Positions 1 to 11,875 of a DNA stretch of 64,000 nucleotides are shown one piece after another. The stretch is taken from the NCBI GenBank assembly GCA_030141605.1, contig JAQGDQ010000003.1, positions 1,674,001 through 1,738,000 of the forward strand, given 5' to 3'. The stretch's first letter is position 1. Each line of letters begins with the position of its first letter. The DNA comes from Tubiluchus corallicola. Its lineage: Eukaryota; Animalia; Priapulida. The notes under the pieces were generated by a model, which searched no databases, had not been told where the DNA came from, and saw only the letters and a list, made by a program, of their open reading frames with translations. A program made the position numbers and the translations under genes.

Positions 1-650
1 TTTTTTGGCAACAACCTGTTGAAACTTTTCATATCTCACACAAAGCTGTTCTGAGTACATAATTGTGTGAAATTAATCTTCCAAGGCGTCGTTTTAAATG
101 ATTTTTGGCGTAAAGTTTTCATGTGAAGATGTAGCAGTACTCTAAGCCTCTAGTTTGTTATTATCACCTCTTCCCATCACAGTCATTGACAACATATATC
201 CGTGATTGCTATTCTGATAATTGGCAACAATTTTTCCCTGCTTGGTTACCCTGCGTCTGATTCAAGAGCGGATAAGGTTCAAATTTCACTTTTCAATGGT
301 GCTTCCGCAATGTGCCGAGGAAGGTTTATTTAAAACAAGATTTTGGTTTCATCAGAATACGAGTGAGCTGTATACGTGCAAGGTAGTGCAAAATATTGTG
401 AACGTGAATTCGTCCAAATACTACATGTGTCGTACGTGCCATAAATAGACGTAGTCATGAAGATAATTCACTTTTTAGTCCTAATAGCGGTATGTTAATT
501 TTTTTCTTATAATGAAAATTTAATTTTGCTAATTTTGAGGTCTTGTGCATACTATTTGTTAAGACTTCGCTATAGCTAAAAATGCGACAATATGTATAAA
601 AAAATATAATAACACATAAAAAGAAATATCAAATTAATATACTGAAAAAA

Positions 651-759
651 TAATAATTACATACAATGAGAATGCTCCATTGTGTGCTAGAAGAAATTGT
701 GTGCAATATTATTACATACAATGAGAATGTTCCAATGTGTGCTAAAAGAAATCGTGTGC
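651..759. repeat. Imperfect ~55-bp tandem duplication
   Basis: ATTACATACAATGAGAATG(C/T)TCCA(T/A)TGTGTGCTA(G/A)AAGAAAT(T/C)GTGTGC occurs twice head-to-tail. Confidence 0.8.
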
Positions 760-1023
760 GTTTGCTACAGAAAAATTTTCTAGGAATTCAAAACAGTTAT
801 TTACGCTTTACTAGAGAAACGGGTAACTCTATTACACTCATAAATAAACAATCATTTTAACGCACACATTTAGTTAAGAGAAGACTGTAACTAAGCAGCC
901 CATATCTCATAAACTGCTGTAAAAGCATAATTTCAAAGGTTATTAATCAACAGTGGATTAGATTATCGTTGAATACTTAAGATTTGATTAGTTTTAGATT
1001 ATAGTAGTAGACTTCACAATAGA

Positions 1024-1178
1024 ATAATTATAATCAATTGCATAGTGCAACATAAATAAGAGATGGGCTGCTGTAATCTAACCTATATATACGTGTATAC
1101 ATACATACAATATATACGGGTTAGATTACAGCAGCCCATCTCTTATTTATTTTGCACTATGCAATTGATTATAATTAT
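1024..1178. repeat. Near-perfect inverted repeat (60-bp arms, ~35-nt TA-rich loop)
   Basis: 1024-1083 is the reverse complement of 1119-1178 with one mismatch. Confidence 0.9.
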
Positions 1179-1745
1179 CCATTGATTATTGATTGATATA
1201 TATTAAACATATATATAGACATATATATTTTTTAATACTGTGGTATTATTAGCGCGTATATTAGTATAACTTAAATAGCATTTTTAATATACTGAAATAT
1301 TCTGTATGTAAATGAAAATATTAAATTATTGACTGTTTTTGCCCATGTCGTAAGTATCGCAACTAAACTGCCGCTTCACATGAAATTCGACTGGAATAAA
1401 TAACCTTAATGTTAAAAACTAGCCGAAGAAACTAAATAGTTTCCTTCACAAGATAATGTACTTGACCACACAATTAAGCAGAGTGGTGTGATAGTCTCAT
1501 TAGCCAAACTTGATCACTGAAGCAGTGTTTACTTTCGGCCGCAGAAATACGAGTTCAATTCTATGAACAGGTTTCTATGAAAAAAATCTATTTGTTATTT
1601 TTGAGTGACACTTTTTATGATACACTAAAAATAAAAATAAAATAAGAGGAATAAACGGGACGTTTTGTACTGTAAGTTGCAAGCGCAAGCTGTAATGAAA
1701 TCACTTGAGTTATAATCATAATAGTGTTCGTCACTGGTTTCTTTG

Positions 1746-4700
1746 ATGTATGGGTTTCTTTTTTTGTTACTCATTTCATTTCGAAATAGAGTAAGCGATC
1801 AGGATTGTAAATTCAAAGTGCTAAATTTGAGCGCTTTTGTGAAAAGTAAATAAAGTACGCGCCTTGTAGGGCGTTTCTAGGTTCAAACTGTTTTAGCAGT
1901 GTATTTTGCTTCACAAACAAAAGTGATGCTATCTCGTGTTTACCCGATACCTTCAGTGAGATTTTTTTCAGTTTGAAAAATATACGTAAGGGAGAATATA
2001 CAGGGTGTTCCAGAAAAAAACAGTACAGTAGAAATATGTTGATATGCGGAAATACGCTGATCACATTCCAAGCAGTTGAACGTTAAGTCATACAATGAGA
2101 TTTCTATCTCGACCTAGTAAGTCTGAGCATGACTTAACTCTCAACTGCATTTTTTTGTGATTTCCTCTACATACTATTTCTTCTGGCACATCATGTACAT
2201 TCACACAAATCACGTTGTACGTACGGTCACCTCAAATTTTGATGAAACAATTTTGTTTTAGCCGCTAGTAGACTGTCAACATCCTGCAGCAGACCAAAAC
2301 GGATTTGATCCAGAAGATCCGCCCAACAGATTCCCAACTGGCCGGACTCCATATACCAGAGCTCTCCGCAGGCTTCCACAAAGAGGTCTTCCACCAAGAA
2401 CTCCACATTCACGCAGAAGAAGACCTAAACGCCCTCAGGTTCCTGAACCGCAAATAAATGGTGAATTAATCAGTCTGCTGAGAAGCAAGCTCAGGGAGTT
2501 ACCTCCAAACATTAATTATGGCTTCAATCCTTTTCAACATGAACCAAAGCAATCTTCTCCAGAAGCGCTCTCCCCATATTTGCTAAAAGGCGATGAGTAC
2601 TATAGAGAGCGCAAGCAAAAACAGAAACTTGCTACAACTACACCACCACCATTAACTGCCAAAGACATTAGTCGTTTGAGGAAACAGCTGAATCACCACG
2701 CAATGCTGTATCCACGACGGGTACCACCAGACTTAGCTCATCTACTTGAAAACGTAGAACTTAGCAAAGACGTGCCAGACAGAGGAATTCCCCTACCTAG
2801 CATACTGGAAAATGGAGATGAACTTAGTAGGGCCTTAAGATCAGGGCGCCATGGACAAGGGAGTGGGAGACATGGTTTAAAGACAATGTTTTCTAATAGG
2901 CACGATCCAAAATTTCAAATGGATAACCGGTTTCAAACGGGCAGGGTAGAAACCACGCTGTACGAACATGATGCAAATGGTGTGTATAGTGTGCCAATCG
3001 ATTCTCACCCACAAATATCTGACTTTGGTTCAAGAGGTCCTGTTATAAGACGCAGACAGAATAACAGGCACTTCAAACCGTTTAGCAAAAGAAGACTCGG
3101 CGGGTTGCCTAGACATTTCGAGCCATTTAACCAAGTTCCGTCCAGATCTCGCCACTTTGCTCGAACAAACTCATTGAAAAAACCGCCTGGAAGGCTCGGT
3201 GATGCAGAACGGATGAAAGTGTCTAGCGTAATGAACAGCGTCAAATATGATATACATGCCAACCCAGCAACTGTGCTTTCATCGCAAGCAAGGATTACTG
3301 GTAATGTGGGCGTATCACAAAATGCTTCACCAAGTCTAGTAACTTTTTATGAACACACAAGAGTAATTGTTCCACCTTTTTAAATCCATAAAATTATAAT
3401 TTTGCAGAAGGGTTAATTATTCTTAATACTGGACATAAAAATTATCAAATTACTATTCATGCATTCTTTAGTAGTTAGATGAAAATTAATTTCAAAGATT
3501 TGTTCGAAAAATATTAAGAAGACGGTAGCGTGTAGTAAAATGCTAAAATATAATCTATGCACTTTAGGTGTTAAAGGAAGGTGCGATCCAAGGAAAAATG
3601 AAATGATTATTGATGTTCATTTTGCTGGCCAGGATTTCACTGGCCTGGTTCAAACCACACACTATTCAGGACCACATTGTTCCAGCTCTAGTGAAGATGC
3701 AAAGTTCAGTGGAGGAATTAGACTGCAATATCCCCTAGACTCCTGTGGAACACAGATATCAACTTCCGTAAGTAAAGTGTTCTTTTACAAGTTGCTTTTG
3801 CGAACTTAGAAATAGACAATGTTTACTTTTTTCATGGAATTCTACATGCTATAAGAGAATCCTACTTTCATGAAACGTTTTAATGTTACATTAAGTGCAT
3901 TATTTATAAGCGCTAAATACTAAATACATACTACTAAATGATATTTCAGCAAATTGTTATATTTTTTACCGCAATCGGCATTATATTTCCCTACATTCTG
4001 ACAGAAAGCTCGTGTGATACTCGTTTACAAATTTTAGGTCACATTGAATAGCTTTAAGTAGTAATAACGTTTTTTTCATGTAACTATTAATCAGTATTAT
4101 CCACTATAGGTCCTAACAGGTCTATAATACGAATTTGTTCTTGCAGGACGTACCATACGCACACGAGTTTACAGGAGTTATGTCTCCAGGTCCATCCACG
4201 TTCTATAACACCATTGCAGTTATGCAGAACGGACACTCAGCTAGAACATACGACGTGAAATGTTCGTTTGAGAACGGACGCCATAAACCACGCATTAACT
4301 TCTACGCATCACCCAGGTACGTTGTTAGTTTTTTCCAACAGAAGAACACAAGGCTTCAGAAAGGCTGGCTTGGGGATGATGAGAAAGAGTTGTGAAGAAG
4401 TTCGACATACAAACTCCGGCAGTTTATAATATCTAAGGGTGGGCAAATTTTGTTTTTTTCAATGACCTTGGGAGGTTCATTCAAGGCAAAGGTTAATTTT
4501 GTGTAGAAAGTATGGCACTCTAGTTTCATCCCACGCCGGGTTTTAGCCATAGTTGGCTGACACTGACACGGGTGATGAGATCTCGTGCAAAGTGCGAAGC
4601 GCTAATTGTTTCAAGTTATTGTATTACGTACAAGTTATTATTATCTTTATGCTGATATTTTACGAATTGCAATCAGGACCCAAAGGTTAAAGGTTACCAG

Positions 4701-7700
4701 TCATTGGTCTATTAAATCTGTTGACTTTGACAGTTTCAAAAATATGCAAGGCAGTGCATAAAACTGACAAAAAAGGACCGCAGAAATGGTAATTTACTGG
4801 AATTTGACGTTGATTGAAACTCAAAGAGTTAAGAGTCCTAAATTTCAGGTTACCCTTCTTAACATCATTATGTATTGTGAGTTAATAAACAATGAACAGC
4901 ATCGCCGGAAATGTACATGAGAGATTTTAAAACCTGCCATGTGTTGATTAACTTGCAGTACTTTCACATATATAGGGGACAAATTTTAGTTGGTACTGGG
5001 TGACATTTTTTGAACAGGTGGTTCAAGGTTAAAAGCGATTTTCAACGACACACCGAGCACTTGTGAATCTTATGCAGCGTGCCTGCAACACGTTGCAAGG
5101 CCAATGATTGGCAAATAAGACTTGTTACACTAACAACATGTAAAATGTATTCCATTTTAGCAGCTCATTATTCTTAAAGGAAAGAACACTTGAATGAAAA
5201 CGTATATGTAGAAAATATTTCTGTCTGCCATCAACTAATGAGTTAAAATCTACAACAGTGCTGCCATCTATGATGCCACGGAAAAGTTAAACTTAATAAG
5301 CAATAAGCATAAGAGAGTCAGGAAAGTTTGTTGAACATGACAATAAAATGTTTTTTTTACTAGAAAAGTACTAAGAGATGTATCTGATGACGCTGTTACA
5401 AATACAGTGTGTTAAACGGTAAAGCACATACTTCAACTGTAATTTTGTGTTCATTTCCTGTAAAACCCAGATGAAAATAGCTGTTACATATTGTGCATCT
5501 TTTCTAACATAAGTCAATAAAAAATACAGAATGTTAGGTCACATTTTCTGTTTCGCATCTTTCCACATACCAATTAATTACCGGGTTATCCTGTGTTTTT
5601 AGAAAGCAATCTATATCAGATCCTCTACAGGCAACTATATTAGGTAACAGCCTCAATGTGGAAAACAGCCACATAACAGGTAAGCATAGCAAGGTTGAAC
5701 AATGACAGAAAAATTCAAGATACGAATTAAAAATTTTAACCTGTGCAAAATGTAAAGTTTCTATAGTGTAGACTAATGTAGCAAATAGCTGCATGTACTG
5801 CAAACATTACGTTGACAACAAATGTATGTAAAAATACATTTTTGTATCATTTTTCATCTGAGAACAGTTTTCTGCAGTTCATCTTCGTCATTTTCTTGCA
5901 TTTTTTGCAGATATTCTTAGTAAGTTTGATGTCAGTAAAGGCTACTTGGCAAATTTTACACTCTTAATTAGGTTATTCTACTGCCCGAAAACAAAAAATG
6001 ACGTCAGATCATAAATTAAACTGAATGAGAGAAGATGTAGTTCACAAATGGACCATGATTTAACTCAGCAGACTGAGATTAGGCTTATTGATTATAGTTT
6101 TAAACTACTTGAAACACAAGTAACATTGATTTCACAGAAGTTCAGTCTGCTTGTGAAGGAGGTGTTGACTTCATCATGGTTTCCATCCACTTCCAATTTC
6201 CTTTCACGGGCACCATATACACCAATGGTTATTATGGAGTAGGACAATGCATGTGGGATTTTGATAGTGCACTGGAAGGGTACTTGCAGATCCCAGTGGA
6301 TGCATGTGGTACAATGGGACATTATCCAGTAAGTGAAACAGTAAAACTGTCGGACTTGTAAAAAAACAAGCTCGGAAAACGTCTAGTAATGGAGTGAGCA
6401 ATTTTGCAATCAATATTCCGTTAATAGTAACTCTGTATCTATATCGGAATCTGCTGAAGAATTGGAATCATTTAGGACTAAGTGAATAAAACTCCAGATA
6501 AATAAACCAAGCAAATGTGTAGAGACAAGCAACTTTAAGTTGCTGTACTATCTACAGATTTAAAAGTTGAAAGACACCAAAACGCGCTCGAGCAAACATC
6601 ATAGACATTTTGTAAAATTGAAGAAAAAGTACTAACAACTAAACAAACAGCACACGGATAAGAGTGTATCTTGAATGATAAGGCTCTGAGACTTACACAA
6701 TAAGAACAACAAGTAGTGTGTTGAAAATAGGTGAAACTGCGGTTTTGACAATTATCACTTACCAAGAAAATGTTTTATGAATCCAAACACATATTTTTGT
6801 TTTCGTTGTTTATGTAGTTAAGTGTTTAACTTACACATTTACTGTTCAACAAATTTCAATAAAATGTTTTGCTTGTTACAGAAAAGCAAGCACGAACAGT
6901 TCATATACAAGAATGACATCATCATCATGCCATACAGACAAGAAGGAAACCTTATATCTGCTTCAGACACTGCACATCATATAAGTTGTGCATCCGGCCA
7001 ATCACCAAGGATAACAGGCTTTAGACAAGTATGTTTGAGAACTGCTTAAAGTACTAGCAGCACAGTAATCAAAATATGTTTTAATTACAATCAGATCAAA
7101 ATACATTCTACAGATTTTCTTTACGTCGCTTAAAAATCTATTTGTTTATTGTTTGTGTATTATAGTCTACTACAGAGCCAGTGAGCATCATGGTCAACTC
7201 TATATTTTCTGCTTTTCTGCTTCAGTCACTACTGAAAAATCAAGAAACATGAAAATGCATTTAGATATGAAGCTGAATGATTGTTAAAATACTGGTAATA
7301 ATTCTTACATAGGATGTAGATTTTGGAGTCACTGTAGATCCGGGAATTGATTTCCATAATATCAGTGCTGGCGTGAACATACAGGAGAGCACACCAAGCA
7401 AGATGGCAGCTAATTTAGGAATAAATGTGGTAGTTGGGTAATTATTAGTTAACGGAATTATAATGGCATGCCATTTACATAAAATGACCACCGGCCATAT
7501 TTTTAAACATAAAAATATAAGACTATAAGAATGACAGTTCAAGCTAAAAGGCCACGATAATGTCTTTAAATTCTCTATAAAAACGATATCCAGCTGTTTC
7601 ATAAACATTTATTATAAATTTCATTATATTTTTACTAAAGAAAGTCAACATTTCTACTGCACACTAACAGTCATAGCCAGGAAATATATAAAGAATGATT

Positions 7701-10700
7701 TAAAATTCAGAACAAAATAAAAACACAGGACAAAATGTATGGAAACAATAGTCACAGAGGAAAAAAAAAGACGTAAACTATCATTAATGATTAATTAAAG
7801 AAGCAATATATTTAGACATTAAAATATTTTGTTAGTTTCTCTGACGTGTGATCAAGTGATAAGATTATGACATTAGGTTCATTTTGGGGAAACAGCAGAA
7901 ATTTGCAAGTATGAATTACATGTGAGTGCTTTGTAATTTGAGAAGCTTTTTACAGCTTTGACTTTAATAGAGCAAAGACTTTATGTGCAGCTAGAAACAT
8001 CATAAAAGGCACATAGTTGAATCTGCTTAATTGTACAAAACTCTACGTTAGCTTTAAACCAGTATCAAGGTTTTGCTCCACAGAATATTTTGTTGTCTAA
8101 ATAAATTGCTTCTTTGATTAATCCTCAAAGGTAGTTCACATATTTTCATTTTTTTCATCCATGACTGTTTCCATAGATGCTCGTAGTGTTGTCATAACAT
8201 ATTTATCCTGTTCTGAATTTTAAATAATTGTTTATATTTTCTTTATACTCTATAAATTTCCTGACGATAACTGCTAAGGTGCAGTAGAAACATTGGATTT
8301 TCCAATAAAAATGTAGTAAAATTTATTATGCAGTGGATTGTTTATAAAAGGACACAATATTGTCTGCTCTGGTAGCTGCAGTAATTTACTCCAAAAAGTC
8401 TTAGTCAATAAGACAAGCTTGTTATTTTACTTTAGTATTCTTACAATGCCAGTTCCTGCAATTATAAATCTAAAATTCCAAGTTCTTATATACTTCATGT
8501 AGGACTAGCACACAAGGACCTCCGACAACAACAGAGCATCAGACAACTGAAGAAGACTACTACAAAGCCAGACTTGGATTCGAAATTCCTGTAAGCTACT
8601 CTGAAAAGGAAGACCGAAAGAACTTTGCAGCAACATATCAAACTGGTGTGAACTATGGGGTTCCAATAGCACCATACAATAATCGCTTGCCGCACTACCC
8701 TCCCCTGCAAGGTTTGGTGCTAGATAAGAAAGAGAAAAAAAAGAAACGACGAGAAGTACCTGTTGTTCTCCTAAAAGTTGTGAACAGCACAAACATTTTT
8801 GATTCGCCTGCTGAGCGGTTGAAGATCGGAAAAAATGCATCTCTGGTACTATTCTGGAAACAAGATGGTATGCGACTATGTGTAAAGCACATTAGTTTAT
8901 CATGTTTTTAGTTCATTTTAAAAAATCCAAAATACTCGAGGCTGCAAGAGTTCAAAAACACTTTCTTTATAAATTTGAATCATTTTCAGCTAATGGAAAA
9001 GTGGTTCAAATTATTGCTTTATAATTAGAGTGAGTGATTGTCATACATGAAGCTGCAGAACCCAAACCTTCTGAATTCCAGTTACTTTGCTAGCCATTAC
9101 AAGCAAGGAAAATAAAAACTGCTGATGGTTGACAGCTTTTGTTTTATGTAAGCACTTTAACTATTTCAGATTACTGGGATTTGGCATTTAGTTCTTGCTA
9201 TGCTCACGATGGATCTGGATATGAAAAAATTTCTTTGCTAGATGAAAATGGGTAAACAATCCACTATATTAAAACTAACACAGTGCATAATTCATTATTG
9301 TAAAAAAAGAACTACTTTAAGGAGAGGATTAAATTCTTGAGATCTTATTCTGAATACTAACAACTTTTTTTGGTTTGGCCAGATGTCCAGTGTACAGCAG
9401 AATGAGTGGACAGATTGAAAAAACAGCTGCAAATGGAGTGGCATATCTGTACACCACATTCGAAGCTTTCAGATTTCCAAACAGACATCAGTGTTATTAC
9501 GAATGTGCAGTTAATGTCTGCCGAGACAAGTGTCCTCCAGTAAGTATTCGAACATATAGTACAATCTGTAAACAGCATTCATTTGTTATTAAATATCATA
9601 TTACCTTTCAATATTGCACAGTTCAGAGTGATAAGAGTCAAATAATAATATATGCCAAATTAGTTTTGCTTTGCTCCTCCTTAGGGCTGTGTAATTTGCT
9701 CAGTGAGTAGAAGCATGAGCAAAATGTGTGTACTTAAACATTACAATTGCCATGTATTTTTTTGTAGACGAACTGTGATTATCAAGTAAAAGGCAATGTA
9801 GAAAGAGTATCATTGCCTAATATTAAAACGGAAGTGTTTCCAAAAGATGGCTTCCACAGTTTGCAAACTACCCGCCAATTAGATCACCAGCAAAACTTCC
9901 CAAAGAACGGCATACAAAATGAAGCAGTGTACAGTGTAAATGATTATTGGAGAGACATTTTGCCAGGTTACGAAATTCCAGTTCTATCTGATCAAGCAGC
10001 ATCAGAAAAAAGCCGTGTACAACTAACGACAGACAATAACATACCAGGATTTGAGATACCCATCAAGAATAGCTATAATGACACTAAAAACAAAAAAGAA
10101 TCATCTCACAATGTGAATAATGATATGAAGCAAAAAGGATTGCCAAGATATCAAATTCCTACTGCCAATAGTCCCACACAAGAACAGTCTTCTATATCAA
10201 ACAGTAATTTAACAGGTGATAGTCAACAAAGTGTTTTGGGAAACAAGTGGGATGAACCTGAATATTATACATATACTTCAGCAAGGAAAAGAAATAGCAC
10301 AGTACACAACGAAGATACTCCTCACAATGAAACTGGTCAAGTAGATAATATCTCAAAGAACACATCAGATAAATCACACGAACATGATTCTGTTTCTAAA
10401 ACTAATGGTTCCAATTTATTGCAAGCTGGAGACAATGAACAAAATTTCAATGTTACAAACTTACCATTCTCTAGTAATAAATCACTTACTGTTTTACACG
10501 AAACAACTGAGCATCTGCAGCCAAGCTATCATACAAAATATAAGCATTATAAGCTAGAACATTTTACTAACAGTAAACAATATCCGCCAGCAGACCACTA
10601 CAAATCATTATACACAAGTAAAGCCAGGCAGCAGACTAAAAAGCAACAGAAAGACTACAGTACAATGACAAAAAGCACAGATAAACCAGCAGCAGCAGCA

Positions 10701-11875
10701 GATGGTGATGACTTACATAGCGATTCGCACGATTCAGTTTTTACCACTCATCTCCGTTATGGTATCGGTGTGAATGGTGGCAGCAGTCAAGCAAAGTTGT
10801 ATAATTCCCCACCAAAACGCAAAGTGCGAACTGAGCGGAGCCAAGGCAGCACGGTACTTCCATATGGTGTAGCAGAACAGCTAAACGTCTTTAGTGGAGT
10901 ACAGATTGAAGACGAAATTCAGCTGGAGTCAAGTAAATGATTAATATAAAAATAAATCATATATAAGTAGCTAGCATGGTAGAAAACCTACCTTTAGAAA
11001 ACAAACTTGCTCAATATGATAAATGCACATTTGGAACAAAAGTAGTCATTTAGTTACGTAGGTTTAATTGATTTCGATAAATGTAGGCCAATTAGGAAAA
11101 TGTAAAAATGGCCTCCAGTGAAACATGGAGAAGGGCATATGCCCTACATGTATTCATTATTTGTAAGTTTCGCTTTTATCAGTGTTGCTGACTTGCTGCT
11201 AAGTGGAATTTGCTAAATAATCATTTATGCTAATATTGTCCGGTAAATGAACAATATTAAATACATAATTACTTTGTCTTTGTTTTTAGAAAAACAGTGT
11301 CATGGTGAGAATGAATTTCTCATTTTAAGACATTTAGTATTTTGTAATGTACACATGAGAAGATGTACCAACCAAAATAAATTTCATAAGGATTAATTTC
11401 AATGCTTTGTTCTCAGGTGCAAAGAGTAGCGAAACTGTTGACCACCTACCGAGAAGTATCCAGGAATCAAAAGCTTACCAATGCAATGATTTCACAATGT
11501 TTATAATAACAGCTAGTTGCCTTGGATGTAAGTTTGTTCACTTTGCAATTACATTCCATGCATTTGTAAAAGCTCCTTGCAAAAACGCTATTCCACACTT
11601 TCTGTATGCAAAGTTCGAACCTTGTTTAGCTCTTATGGCAATAATGTATGTTCAGCTCTTAAGACAACTATGTAACTTCTTTTGTATGTTCATTGCACAA
11701 CAATGTTGCTGCTTACCAGCTAATTTGATGCTAGAATTAAGCAATAAATTCACTTTTGCTAGAATTGATCTTCACTCTAGGTATGGTCCTGCTGCTTGTT
11801 TTAGCACTGATAACAACATGTTACAAGCTCTTGGAGTTGAACAGGAAACACAAGAAAGTCTTGCGATTAATGTAA
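1746..11875 (+). CDS. Transmembrane zona pellucida (ZP)-domain protein, cuticlin-like, with two ZP-N domains plus ZP-C; ~1310 aa, 14 exons
   Basis: Phase-consistent GT-AG exons: 1746-1790, 2262-3300, 3568-3767, 4147-4316, 5603-5643, 6138-6328, 6882-7028, 7313-7437, 8503-8867, 9170-9251, 9383-9539, 9768-10932, 11417-11527, 11781-11875 (3933 nt). Signal-peptide-like start MYGFLFLLLISFRNRPLVDC. Two 4-Cys ZP-N units. ZP-C motifs SCYAHDG, LLDENGCP, FEAFRFP, YECAVNVCRDKCPP. Furin-like RKVR followed by an EHP-like LNVFSGVQI. TM segment MFIITASCLGCMVLLLVLALITTCY and a short basic tail. Confidence 0.88.
2001..2195. mobile_element. Tc1/mariner-type MITE (degenerate palindrome) in ZP intron 1
   Basis: Starts TA|CAGGGTGTTCCAGAAAAAAA and ends TTCTTCTGGCACATCATG|TA (degenerate TIR, TA flanks). 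Internal inverted pair GCAGTTGAACGTTAAGTCAT / ATGACTTAACTCTCAACTGC. Confidence 0.6.
7600..8335. mobile_element. Foldback / long-TIR non-autonomous element in ZP intron 8
   Basis: ~7600-7832 aligns in reverse complement to ~8085-8335. Matching blocks: TTTCTACTGCAC/GTGCAGTAGAAA, TTTAAAATTCAGAACA/TGTTCTGAATTTTAAA, AAAGAAGCAATATATTTAGACA/TGTCTAAATAAATTGCTTCTTT. Exact ends uncertain. Confidence 0.7.

Noticed and set aside
221-860. Short ORFs as first exons of the ZP gene
   Set aside because: No signal-peptide character; 1746-1790 gives a hydrophobic leader, a GTAAG donor and the correct phase.
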